DNA of 64,000 bases from Takakia lepidozioides (GCA_030704615.1 CM060734.1:62001-126000), one strand, 5' to 3'. Positions 1 through 13,250 are shown, numbered from the stretch's first letter. The notes: a model not told the origin generated them from the letters alone. A program made the numbers and translations.

Positions 1-29
1 TTGCATAATTCAAATATGATGAGACCTTG

Positions 30-1420
30 TCATTAAGAATGTTGGACTATAACGTAATAATTTGATGATATTTAAAGAACAACCAGATCTAATATGTGGA
101 CGTATAATCTATAGCGTTCTAGTTTATTCGTATTACTTAGAATTTTTATATAATGAGATGTGCAATAAAATATTGTGAATTAAAAATCACAAAGGGGTAG
201 AGATTGAATTAAAATCTATCCTATAACAGCCTTATTAAATGCATATGAAATATCACAATTCAGTGTTCACTCTTACATGTGTTTTCTATTATTATATTGG
301 TCATTTATGTGTACACATAAGTAGAATATTCTCATTGTCCTGCAATAAGTTATTTTTAATTAAAAATACAAGGATGTGTGAGACCGGATTATAAAAAAAT
401 AACAAAATGCAGATAAGATTTCATAATTTAATATTCACTCGTACACGCACTTGCTATTATTATTATATAGATCATTTATGTGTATCCCATGAATTCAAGA
501 AGATTATGAGTAACCTATGCATAGGATGGATGCATAGGAATTGTGATAAAGAACAATTGGATCTAATAACATGTGTGCACGTATACTCTATAGTTTTCTA
601 GTTTGTTCGTAATACTTGGAATTTTTGTATTGACAGATATGCAATGAAATATTTTTAACTAAACAAAATTACAAATATGTGACAGATCCAATAAATCTAT
701 TCTATAACAGCCTTCTTAGATGCATATAAAATATCACAATACCCTGTTCATTCTTATTTTAAAATTTAAAATTTATTTTAAAATACAGATAAGACTTCAT
801 AATTTAATATTCACTCGTACCTGCACTTGCTATTATTATATAGATCATTTATGTGTATCCATGAATTCAAAGATTATGAGTAACCTATGCATAGGATGGA
901 TGCATAGGAATTGTGATAAAGAACATTTGGATCTAATAACATGTGTGGACGTATACTCTATAGTTTTCTAGTTTGTTCGTAATACTTGGAATTTTTGTAT
1001 TGACAGATATGCAATGAAATATTTTGTATTAAAAATAATTACAAACATGTGACAGATCGAGTTAAAATCTATCCTATAACAGCCTTTTTAAATGCATATA
1101 AAATATCACAATTCCCTGTTCATTCTTATATGTACCTTTTATTATTATATTGATCATTTATGTGTACAAAATTTTCATTGTCGTGCAATAAGTTGTTTTA
1201 AATAAAAAATCACATGGATTTGGGAGATCAAATTGAAAAAATGAATAACAAATATCATTTTAATATGCAGATTAGATTTTATAATTCAATATTCAATCTA
1301 ACATGCACCTCCTATTATTATATAGATCATTTATGTGTATCGCATGAATTGAGTGACCTATACAACTGAGTGTTATGAGTGACCTATACATAGGCTGCAC
1401 GATTTAGATATGATGTATAG
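30..1420. repeat. Degenerate AT-rich tandem repeat, unit about 370-480 bp, 3-4 copies
   Basis: Blocks such as 'gatcatttatgtgta', 'tctatagttttctagtttgttcgtaatacttgg' and 'ggatgcataggaattgtgataaagaaca' recur at about 370-bp spacing (409-780 vs 786-1150). The two similar ORFs at 407 and 720 are by-products of the repeat. Confidence 0.85.
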
Positions 1421-3985
1421 ATACACAGTCAATGCATTTCTGTACTTAAATACTTATAAATGTTTGAAATATTGTGTTCATAAAACTTAGAATGTTTTGT
1501 ATTGCTAGACATGCAATGCAATGTTCTCAATAAAAAATCACAAGGATGTGACAAACGAAATATAAAAGATTATATAGCATCATTTATAAATAGGTATAAT
1601 ATTTAACATTTTCATTTTCATTTCTACAATGTACATGACACATGTACCCCCCAATATTATGTAGGTCATTTATAATAAGTATATCATATAACCAAGATGA
1701 AGTACTTATACAAACACGCAACATCACAAAATATATATATGTATATATATTGCAAATGACAACATGTCACTTGTAAATATTGTGTGCTTTTTCTTCATGG
1801 AGTTATTGTCTCCTCCACTAGACTACACAAAGCAATGCCCACCCACCTAAATCCCAAAAACAATGTTTATTTGCACATGGAAGTACTAAAACCCAATAGT
1901 AAATGAATGGGCGGGGTCTACCTATATCACATGGCTAGGAATGACATGCAGTTCAATTTAAAAACTCTTCTTCAATTAATGTTACCTTATGGCCCTGTTT
2001 AGGTTAATTTTTTCCTCTATCTTTTTAATTTGAGTAACGTTTCGATGGAGTTGCATCTGGAGTCTTTGTGTTGTTTGGCCATGTCGTGCAAAACTCTAGC
2101 TCTCTAGCACTTATGGACAGAGTTGGACAGACAAACTCTAGCTCTCTAAAAGGATAGAGTACCCATATGGGGAAGAGGCTCTTCTTGACGCAACCTTTGG
2201 TTGGCGTCGATATACATATATATGATTTTAATACATGATTATTACGTTCAACGGTTAGTATATAGAATATAGAGTATATTATGTATCATTATACAAAATA
2301 AAGCCATAACTCTGCTTATTTTATTGTATAAATATTATGCGGCTTGTATTTGTGTAATATAGAATCTCTCTTTAGATCTTAGATATCATAATTCCATATT
2401 AATGCAATAAGACCATTTTGTGCTTCCTACTACTTTAAGTTCATCATTGATATATAAGTTCCTCGCTAGTTTCTTGGTTTTTATGTTCTGATTATTACTT
2501 GTACTTTCAGTTCTCCATCAATGAAGTATTGAGAATCAGCCAAAAATTATTGACTTGATGAATATGGATTGAAAATATAGTAACACAAATTAATACAACA
2601 TCTTGTTAGTTTGGGTGGTATAGGACCATAAATAAAAACTGCGGATGCTTGAAGCCGCAGAACAAAATTGAGCCAAAAACAAAATCGATACGTGCCAGAA
2701 ACCCCCAATGAAAGGCAGTGCAAACCTATTTATTGGCTACTAAATCTTCTTTTTGCTAAGCTTTGGGGAATTGCATAATCCCCCATCAATTGATGCACTA
2801 GCCGTAGTAGTTTTGTTACAATAATACTTGTTGCAGGATTCATATTTACACATAAACTGGGCAGTAACAAAAGATTATAATGAGAACCAACATTCAATGT
2901 ATGGGAACGGTTGAAAGGATAATAAGAAGTAAATTTGCAAGAGGAGAGGAGGTGACACTTGAATGAAAGGCATAATAGGAGTTTAGCGATCCTTAATTTT
3001 TGACATTGATTTCTAGTCTTCTCTTTTGAGTAAACAAAAGCCAATAAATAACAAAATATTAATTGAAGCCCAAATGTGTGTTTATTTCAGCTTGAGTAAA
3101 GTACATGAAAAAGAGAAGAAAAAAACAAGGAATGAATAATCCCATTCTCATATCCCATTGCGTCGAAACATTATATCGCCAAAATGTTGCTTACAACTAT
3201 GAATCATATATCCATTGGTAAATTTTGTGAATTCAAGAATTTGTACTTGGTCCGCACTACAACTTCAACATGATGAATTTTCTAGAATACCGGCCGATGA
3301 AAATATGCTAAGATCTAAGATAAATGTATATGGAATATGATACCACTGTAAGAGTATCAACTTATAAGAGTTGTTATCCCTCACCTCTATCAAACGTACA
3401 TCCCAATTTAAACATGATATTTTTGTAAGAGTATCGACACAAAATCCTTTTATATAGTAATCTGATTTAATATCATGATCCGTTCGTGGGCTTACATTGG
3501 ACTTAAAAATGACTGTGGCACTTCTACAACTCTTTCCAAATTTGTAAGAAATTATTAACAAACGCCACAACCATTTTCTATTTGTGGATTGCGAATGCTC
3601 CCAAACGCTAGAAATTAATATTGGCCAAAGCGCTACTTCCAGTTCATAATCTTGTATTTAAGACCCCAGGTCCCCATGACTAATCATGTTTCCAATCATT
3701 CCCACTTCACATTCCCAACCCCTCCCTCCCTTCATATTTATGTAGACTGCCGAGTGTATACGTTTCAGAAATTCAATGCTTCAATACATCAAACAAGTCA
3801 AAGATACTCAACTAGCTTTAAAAAAAAAACAAAAAAACACTTGGTCATTTTGTGGTATTATATGTCAAAAATACTGATAGTCTGGTGAAAATATATGGTT
3901 GAAAATATAATAACATCCATCAAATATTCATATAATTTTAATTTTAATGCAACATCACCATGTCTGGTGGTAAGACACTCGTGTA

Positions 3986-5250
3986 GAAGAGAGAAGAAGA
4001 AGACTCCGGCCGAAGCCGGCGTAACTAAGAGCCACTTTGCCTTGCGGCTATTGCCCCTTAACAGAGGTGGGCCCTATGTAAAAATCAAGGCCCAGGGGAT
4101 ACCCTGGGGCAGATTGGGAGAACGGTAGTAGTGGTGAAGGGTGCCGCTTGGCACTCGTGGGCCCACGGGTACCAGTGGTACCCAGAGGCGTATGAGGTGC
4201 TTAGGAAGCGGGAGGGAGACTGGATTCGAGTTTGTCGTTTGTTGGTGATGATTGCAGTGAGGGATCGGAGCGCGGTGAGGTGTATGGCTTTGAAACATTT
4301 GTGAACAGATGTGATAGGGATTTGAAAATTATTTTGAAAGGTAGAGATGTTGGCATTATGGATGCCTCATCTGGTGCCAGCAGTTATGACAGTGAGTGGG
4401 CCGGTGCCCCACCCTCGTCGGTGGATGTCAACGATTAATGGTGCGTATTTTTTACGTTTTTCTAAAATAGAGGCGCTAGGGAAGCGGTCATGGCAGTATA
4501 TGAATTCTATAAAATGTATGGTGATGTCTGATGATGGTGCAGGAGGGGGGGGGGGGTTAACGGGGAGGCCCTGGAGTATGAGGATGTCCGGGCATAGTTT
4601 AGCGGGGCATGTGCAGGACCCGCAAGGTTGACAGATACATGGAAGGAGCCAAGTACGTATTGTATGGTCTGGAGGCCGACCCTGGTAGGCCAGCGTTGAT
4701 GAGTGTAAACCATCTGGTTGCACTACATTGTAAGAGAAGTTTGTGGATGTGCCATATGGCGTGATTATGACGAGCAATTCGCAACCCGTGGATGACAGGG
4801 TGTGGACATTCGCTGAGAATACGAGGCCAGATATCACGTTTAGCATGAAGGTGTGAGCAGAGTGGGCAGTGTGGGCCCTGGGGATGGGAATAGGGTTGGC
4901 CAGAAGATGTGTTTGCGTTGATGGCCCATATATTGGGCGTATCTAAATTTGAGTGTTTGCCTTATTTGTGCAATCTGAGGCGGCTTTGGAGTGCCAAAAG
5001 TGGTTTGATAATTTATAGTGCAGGACATTGGAAAGGGTCCATTTTTGGATATGAAGCTTGGTATGGCTGAGAGAGGTTGAGGCTTGTTTATTGGCTTCTT
5101 TAGTGAGGGTTTTAAGGAGGTTGCGGATTGGACGAGGTGATGGAGGGTCAGGTACCGGGTAGATCATCCAAAAATGGTGTGCATGACCGACGTGAATGGG
5201 GTCGACCGGTGGTTCAACTGAGGGTTTGGAGGCCCCCAGCTGGGCTAAGA
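3986..5250 (-). mobile_element. 5'-truncated non-LTR retrotransposon 3' end (zinc-knuckle region plus restriction-like PD-(D/E)xK endonuclease), frameshifted
   Basis: Minus-strand frames give QTLKFRYAQYMG...FWP, LRIARHN, then PDILIL...IHFIEF...EKRKKYAPL...GW...TVITAGTR, the C-terminal RLE layout. There is a (CTT)n-like tail at 3986-4003 and a 14-bp TSD aag(a/g)cactcgtgta at 3972-3985 and 5251-5264. Confidence 0.8.
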
Positions 5251-7539
5251 AAGGCACTCGTGTATCAGCATGTCGGTCTGTGGTTCAAACACTTGTCATC
5301 CATCTCTCTTACATTTGGGCTTGGGCTCTACCCCTATAATGCCTCCATGGCGAAGAAAGGGGTTTTTTTTTCCCCACCTCAAGGGCCAATTGCTTGGGCT
5401 GGTGTTTGTTTTGAAACTAAAAAGAAAAAAAATAAGAAAAAAAATGATTGACCTACAAAATCATATTGAAGTTGGCACATATGTCAAAGTACTAAGTGAT
5501 AAAAATGTGCCAATATGGCTATGTACCTACATCAAACATGATACCACTGTAAGAGTATCAACGTATAAGAGTTTGATATATTAAACATCTATCAAACAGA
5601 CATCCCAACGTCGACATGATACCTTTATAAGAGTATTGACAAAATATTATTTTCAATAATTCTCAAGATGGATGGTTGTTATCATTTCATCCAAACCCTT
5701 CAAAAACTTCACATATTTGTGTTCCTAATAATAAATATGTATCCTCTTCCACATTGAACGACAAAGATTTTTGGGATTTAAGGATTTTTTGGATTGGGCA
5801 GCAGTTGTCTTTTTGGGTGGAGGTTAGGTAACAAGATCATGTCCAGTTGAAACGATTTTGCATCTGTCTCAGCTTTTGAATCGACTTTTCTATTAGGGGC
5901 CAATGGTTTTTCCAGCTTTGGGCCCATGTCACCCATCTAACTTAGGGTAATGTTTTTTTTAGATTATATTTAAAGGAAACCTGGGAGTGATTGCTTACAT
6001 TTCAGACCCTTGAGAAGGGGAAAAAATAACCCCCCTTTAAGATAAGGCATTGGGCACACAAGGGGGAAACGTCACCCCCAGACCAACCGGTCAAGACCCG
6101 CAGGACCAAAGTGGTATGATTTGAACCTTGCAAGGGTGACACACAGTGCACTTATCCAACCGAGCTACCAACCCTAGGTGGGTAACTTATGTGGCTCGTT
6201 TTTCTTTTCAAATAAAATACAATGTATGGGGTAGACCAACAAATAACCTCACATGACAAGCCATGGAGGCTGAGAAAGGGGACACGGCCTTGGAAAAGAT
6301 CTAAAAAAAGATCCATCAAAAGAGAGAGAAATTGTGGCTCGTTTTGATACAACAACTAGATTTGGATTATGAATGTTGTTTACATGATTTCTCTTTTATC
6401 TTTGTTTTTGATTGGTTTAGATTTCAAATTGTTTGGATTTTCATTTGTAATGTTTTCATGAAAAAAATATTGTTTGTAATGCATATTTGTTCCGGCGTTC
6501 ATAATTTATTTTGTCTTTATTTAAAGCATATCTTGCAATTTGAAGTGTTGCACAAACCCAAATTTTCGAGGTTTACTGTGGACATTAACATTTTGATATA
6601 ATTCAGGATAACGACCATATATCCGAAGATACATTCTTGAAAAAAACATTGTACAGAGATTACTTCCAGCTGATTAAACTCATACAACATAGTCTTGCAG
6701 GGCCTGAAACTGGTATATTCACCATATATGTGGTGGTACATGTCCCAGTAGAGCATTTCCAGGCCAAGTATTTGCCACTCATGGATATGAATTATATCTG
6801 GTTGGGTTCTTGTGATCTGTGTGTATAAGAAGAACGATAAAAGTGGGATGAGATAGATGGGTTAGTGGTCTCAAATGAACAACCTAAGGTTGAATGTTTG
6901 GGCCTCTCGACTGCAGCAATATCAAACTAGCCACACTTTTGTCTGAACAATCTTTACACTATCTAGTATCTAGCTTTGTAGAAAGCATGAATTCCATTTC
7001 TGACCTAATTGTACAATATGATCGATTTCACAAGGGGCTGATGGAGCAAACATGTCAAGTTACCAAATTGTGAAGGGCAACAGCTCAGACCTGCATCCAT
7101 TCAAGGTTGGCATGGCTGAAAAACAAATATGCTTCCAGGTCATCATAAGACCCTCCATAGATTTGTGACCCCTTCAAAAATTGGTTGTTTGGCTCCAAAT
7201 AGAATGGGTACTCCCACTACAACACACCCTATGTAATTTCGACGATTTAGTTTGACGCTGGCGTTGACTGTTGTCACTTTCGACTGTTCCAACCATTTTG
7301 CAGTCAAAAATTATATTAAAATATTTGAGGTGCTAGACAACCGTGAAAATTTATTTTGACTGTAGTGAGAGACTTTGACTACCTAAAATGAGCTGACTGA
7401 GACAACCAGTTAAGCAATGGCACGTGTAATCACAATATATAATTTACATAGCAATATATATGTGGATAATAAGAAGTAAAAAAAATAACTATTTTTTCAC
7501 TGACCCAGTACATTAATAGTAAATTAATCGTGTGCTGGT

Positions 7540-7800
7540 TAAGGTTAGTGAAACAAAACAACTGAATTATATGAACGAATGATAAACAAACGCCTTGCTG
7601 GCAGCTTTTGGATGAACGTATGAAAGGTTAGTGAAACAAAACAACTGAATTACCTGAACGAGTGATAAACAAACGCCTTGCTGGCAGCTATTGGATGAAT
7701 GTATGAAATATAATTTTTGTGCACTGGATGAACGTATGAACGAACGATAAAGAAAACGCCTTGCTGGCAACTATTGTATGAACGTATGAACGGATGATAA
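7540..7800. repeat. Short tandem repeat cluster
   Basis: 'aaacgccttgctggca' x3, 'ggttagtgaaacaaaacaactgaatta' x2, several 'gaacgtatgaa' copies. Confidence 0.75.
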
Positions 7801-8139
7801 TGCACTTGGCTCGAGTGTGCAGCCGCCCTGGCTGGGACTTCGTGTTTTTTGGGTCGGCGTGGTTCGAGAGCTCCGCAGGCTTAGGGACTTAGCGTTTGTT
7901 TGTTTGTCTTTGTGCCACCATCTGCGTTTTCTTAAGGTTCGCGAACCAGGATAAGCGGTTTCTAAAAGACTAGTATCTTGCTGTGTGCACATGAGAGAGC
8001 GGGTGGGCGGGGGGAGGAGAGAATAGAGAGAGAGAAGTGCCGCGCAGCGAGTGTATTGTTTGTGGGATCGACCTGTATGTTTGCTCTTGTTGTGTCGGCC
8101 ACGGTCACGACGTGTGCTATATGGGAGCTTTAGAGCGGA

Positions 8140-11100
8140 GACAGCAGGGAGTGTTCAACAGTATGGCTGAACGAGATGTGGTGTCGTGGAGTGCGATGAT
8201 TGCAGGATATGCACAGCGGGCGCGGGATGGAGGCTTTGCAGACATATGAGCACCTTCTTCAACACATTTCAGCCTGTTTTCCCTGTTATCAGGATTCAGA
8301 GTCATCCCTAAACTTTCGGGTTGAATTCTGCAAGTTAGCTCGACGTTGGTGCAAAAAGGTGAATGCCTGTTGGAAGCGCAAGTCAGCATAGGAACTAGTG
8401 TGAGAAGTAGGGTTAGGGTGTTTGCTGGAACAAATCTAGGCTGTCATTGTCCGCTGCTAGCAGCAAAGCAAGGAGGTACTATGCATGATTTGTGCAGAGG
8501 TATGGATAGCCGAAGGAGCAGGGCTAGAGTGTGGGTCCAGATTCATCCAAGAGGGCCGGATTTCAAGCTCCAGATTACCTATGAATCCCTGTGGAATGAT
8601 AGCTACAAGGAACCTGCATGCGTAGATGGTCAACTGGAAGCCGCAACAGCAGTAGCGGCGGCACAATTGATAAAATTCAGGTACTGCTACTCAAGGCACC
8701 TTCTTCAACACATTTCACCCTGTTTTTTCCTCTTATCAGAACCGGCCCTAAATGTCTCTTAAGGCCTTCAGCAGATGGGTTGAATAGAGTCACGTGGTTT
8801 ACTTTTTCAACTTGATTTTCAGATCTTAGGGCATGCGAGAGACAGTGTCAACAATCAATCATTCTTCCTGCAAAGTCTTGGTATGCACAATCTGAGACTT
8901 GAGATCCTCCACAAAGGCCAGCAAGTTTTTAGTTGAGGATCCACCCTCTGCCATATCCTCATTAGCACAATATTTGAGCTTCCCTACCCTGGTTCGAATT
9001 GCCATGCCCTCCTCCCCTATCATTAGCTCCCTAATGTGTGCATGATTTGTGCAGAGGCAGAGATAGCTGAAGGAGCAGGGATAGAGAGTAGGTCTAGATT
9101 CATCCAAAAGGGCCAGATTTCAAGCACAAGATTACTTATGATTTCCTGTAGATCAATAGCTACAAGAAACCTGCATGGGTAGATGGTCAACTGTCATGCC
9201 GCAACAGCAGCGGCACATCTGACTTTGACATGATACTGCCATTGTGACAACAGGAAAGTATCCAAAAATACGGAACAGAGATGAGGAGAAGCTGTGGAAT
9301 GAATACTTTTCTGACCCCAGTCAATGGTGGGACACCAGGCAAAAAGGTGAATGCTTGTTAGATTACAGGAGAGTAGCAGACGCAATTCAGTATAGGAACT
9401 AGTGTAATAAGCTGAGTTGGGTGTTTCCTAGAACAAATCTAGGCTGTCATTATCAGCTGCAAGGCAAGGATGTATGCATCATTTGTGCAGAGGCATGGAT
9501 AGCTGAAGGAGCGGGGATAGAGTGTGGGTCCAGATTCATCCAAGAGGGCTGGACTTCCAGCTTACCTTGATTTCAGGTGGATCAGTAGCTACAAGAAACC
9601 TGCATGTGTAGATGGTCAACTAAAGGCAGCAGCTGCAGTGGCACAGTTGATAAAATCAGGCACCTCAACCATGACCACAGCTGTTGAAATTAGAGGATCA
9701 AGAGAGGGAGTCCACAATGCCTCTTCTGGCACTTCTGGCATGTGAAGATACTTTGTGCGGCAGGCAGACTGACAGAGGCTCTACAGACTCTAAACCAAGG
9801 AGGCATTTCAGCAGATTCAGATATGTCTGTCTGTTGCTTAAGTGCATCAAGATGATGGTCTGGAAGCTGGAAAGCAGTGCACACTCACATTATCCAAAGT
9901 GGATTCACACCAAATGTTTTTCTACTACTCAACACCCTTGTCAACATGTATGTTAAGTGCGGGAGCATCATGGATGCTCACCAAGTGTTCAACAGAATGC
10001 CTCAATGATCTTTGATCACGTGGAATATTATGTTGGCAGGATTTACCAAGCGTAGGTGTGGTAGGAATGCTTAGGAGACCTATGAGCAAATGTTGCGTGA
10101 AGGTGAAGCCCAACCACATCGCGTTTGTTTGTGTTTGCAATGCGTGTGCAAGCCTGGGAGCTCTGGAAAAGGGCAAAGGTCCATAGTGACATTGTCAAAG
10201 CTGGAATTGTACCAGATGTCATCCTGGAAACAGAAGCGGCAGCAGCCCAATTGATAGAACAATTCGCTGCTAATGAAGGTACCTTCTTCAATACATTTCA
10301 CCCTGTTTTGCCATGTTATCAGAGTCGTCCCTAAATTTCATGTAGAATTCTGCAAGTTAGCTCGTTCATGATGTGAGCTGGCATGAGTTTTATAAAGATC
10401 CTTCACGATGGTGGGACAACCGCAATCACAAGGTGTGGCTTTTCTTAATGTACGATGTGAAGAAGTTTGTCTATCCTGCAAAGGTGGGCTCTTGGCTCCT
10501 GTTAGTACCATGATTTGGTGTTCTTCCTGATGTTTACAAGGTTCTTGGGAGAGTCAGCTTGGTCTTAGTAGGCCGTGTTTCAATCTCTGCCTGCTCAGCT
10601 GCACCGTGGTGGTTCTCACAGACCAATCCAACATTACCTGACTGGGTTGATGCTCGGTCAAATCCTCCATGGGTCAAGGACAATGTGGTGAGGCACCTTC
10701 TTCTTTGACCTGTCCAGCCTGTTTTGCCCCCTCATCAGACTTGGCCCTGAGATGCATATTGAATTCTGTAAGTTAGCTCATTGGGTGGATCTGTGGTGGT
10801 TTGGAGTGACTTTGAACTAGTGTGATAAGTAGGGTTGGGGTGTTTGCTGGAACAATTCTAGGCTGTCATTGTCAGCTGCTAGCAGCAAGGCAAGGATGTA
10901 TGCATGATTTGTGCAGAGGTATGGATAGCTGAAGGGGGCAGGGATAGTGTGGGTCCAGATTCATCCAAGAGGGCTGGATTATTCAAGCTCCAGTTACCTA
11001 TGATTCCATGTGGATCAATAGCTACAAGAAACTGCTGCAATGGGTAGTGGTCAAGTAAAGGTAGCAGCTGCAGCAGCACAGTTGATAAAATCAGGCACCT

Positions 11101-12480
11101 CAACCATGACCACAACTTCTAAAAGAGGATCAAGAGAGGGAGTCCACAATGCCTCTTCTGCTGGGCATGTGAAGATGCTTTGTGAGGCAGGCAGACTGAC
11201 AGAGGCTCTACAACTTTAAACAACAAGGCATTTCAGCAGATTCAGATACGTCTGTCTGTCTCTTGCTTAAGTGCATCAAGATGAAAGGTCTGGAAGCTGG
11301 AAACAGGTGCACACTCACATTATCCAAAGTGGATTAACGCCAAATGTTTTTCTACTCAACACCCTTGTCAACATGTATGTCAAGTGTGGGAGCATCATGG
11401 ATGCTCACCAGGTTTTCCACAGAGTGCCTCAACGATCTTGATCACGTGGAATATAATGTTCGCAGGATTTACCAAGGATGGGTGTGGTAGGAGTGCTTTG
11501 GAAACCTATGAGCAACTGCTGTGCGAAGGGTGAAACCCAACCACATCACATCTGTTTGTGTTTGCCATGCGTGTGCAAGGCTGGGAGCTCTGGAAAAGGG
11601 GAAAGAGGTCCATGGTGACATTGTCAAAGCTGGATTTGTACGAGATGTCATTCTGAACACTGCCCTGGTGGACATGTATGCCAAATGTAGGTGCATTAAG
11701 GATGCGAAGGGAGTTTTCAACACTATGGCTGAACGAGATGTGGTGTCATGGAATGTGGGGGGAATGTGATGCTTGCAGGGTATGCACAGCAGGGACATGG
11801 TATGGAGGCTTTCGAGACCTATGATCAAATATTGATGGGGGAAGGGATGAAGCCCAACCACATCATGTTGCAGCATACTGGTACTTCACAGCCATGGCGG
11901 CTCTCTCAGCCCCTCCATTTTTTCTTCTCTTGGTTTTTTTGGCGCTGGGAGAGAGCAGCAGCTCTGCTGTCTCCTTCCCCTTGCTTATGCCGATTGTTAA
12001 AGGGGAAACTGTCATTCTGAACTCTGCCTTGGTGGACATGTATGCCAAATGTGGGTGCAGAAAGCCTGATGTGAAGGGAGAGTTTGACAATATGGCTGAA
12101 CGAGATGTGGTATTTTGGAGTGCCATGATTGCAAGGTATGTGAAGCCAGACCAGACCGTCATGTTCATTTGTTTTTGTAATATGCATATGTGAGCCTAGC
12201 AGCCCTGGGAAGGGGCAAAGAGGTTTATGGTGACATTATCCAATCTGGAATTGTACCAGATGTCATTCTGAACATTCCCCTAGTGTACATCTACGTCAAA
12301 TGTGAGCCTGGCAGCCCTCAAAAGGGCACAAAGGTTCATGACGACATCGTCAAAGCTGGAGTTGTCACTCTAAACACTGCCTTGGTGGATATGTATGTCA
12401 AGGCAGCCCTGGAAGTGGATGTCACTTTGGGTGACAAGGTAGCTGGCACCACCATTCTCTGGAACTCATTCTCAAAATGA
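8140..12480 (+). pseudogene. Cluster 1 of shuffled, frameshifted PDF-motif/PLS-class PPR gene copies
   Basis: PPR motifs (VFNSMAERDVVSWSAMIAGYAQ; KPNHITSVCVCHACARLGALEKGKEVHGDIVKAG; NTALVDMYAKC) at about 8140-8250, 9740-10230 and 11165-12410. They are interleaved with OSB PDF-motif exons (IHP[R/K]GPDFK[H/L][K/Q]ITY..LW...KPAWVDGQL at 8541, 9098, 9534, 10959; EEKLWNEY...PSQWWD at 9281; WHEFYKDPSRWWDNRNHK at 10379). Many stops and frameshifts. Confidence 0.85.
8859..9040 (-). pseudogene. Captured C-terminal fragment of a UDP-glycosyltransferase (family 1 GT)
   Basis: IRELMIGEEGMAIRTRVGKLKYCANEDMAEGGSSTKNLLAFVEDL matches the conserved UGT C-terminal helix (VRELM.GEEG..MR.R...LK..A..A..EGGSS..NL..FVE). 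Confidence 0.8.
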
Positions 12481-13069
12481 TTTCAAATGTTCTCTTGACA
12501 TGTCCACGATAGTGCTGGACCTAGCTGCACTGCAGATTATCCTTACTCAATGACTTCAGTTGGGCAGTGATCTATGGATATGGCAACATGGCCCTCATGT
12601 TGGTCATTTGTAGAATGTGGCCAAAACTTGTTTTGCAAAACACTCTTGATATAAACCAGTTTTGAGCCATCCAAAATTTTGGTTCCGACCTGTATTTGTA
12701 TTCTATGTTTTGTTGTATTTGTAATATATTTTCAATACAGTGCAGCGAATCAAAAAAATTAAATACAGTATCCACTAATTCACATACGTACAGATATAAA
12801 CTAAAAGTAAATGAAAAAAACGAAATAACAGTAACAAACAAAAAAAACCCAAATATTAAATAAAAAGCCTCCCAATTCATATATATATATATGTATATAC
12901 ACCCCAAGAGTGAAACATATTTACTAAAATGTGTCCTCTTTTACTGCTTCACAGTAGAATATTACACTGTACAAAATCAAGCAAACTCACTAACACTGAT
13001 GTACAGTCAAACCGTATACTAAACATCATGGAACATAGTCAATATGTTCCACTTCAGTTAAACCACTTT

Positions 13070-13250
13070 ACTACACGTCATGCTCCACGTCACTCTGCGC
13101 TTAAGCCACTCATTACACGTCATGCATCCACCTTATAATTCAGTTAAACCATTTTACTACACGTCATAGCCACGTCGCATCCACGTCATACTGTGCTGCA
13201 TACACGTCACCCCCTAGGTTTTACTGTCACATTTCACTGTCAGAACGTGG
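13070..13250. repeat. Cluster of CACGTC(A) motifs, probable TE subterminal region
   Basis: About seven 'cacgtc' copies within 180 bp, next to the inverted MULE fragment. Confidence 0.5.

Noticed and set aside
407-3900. Short ORFs in AT-rich DNA
   Set aside because: No recognisable domains; the first two are products of the tandem repeat.
3335-5650. Short duplicated block 'atgataccactgtaagagtatcaac' at about 3337 and 5538
   Set aside because: About 100 bp of diverged dispersed repeat, unrelated to the LINE TSD, with no definable structure.
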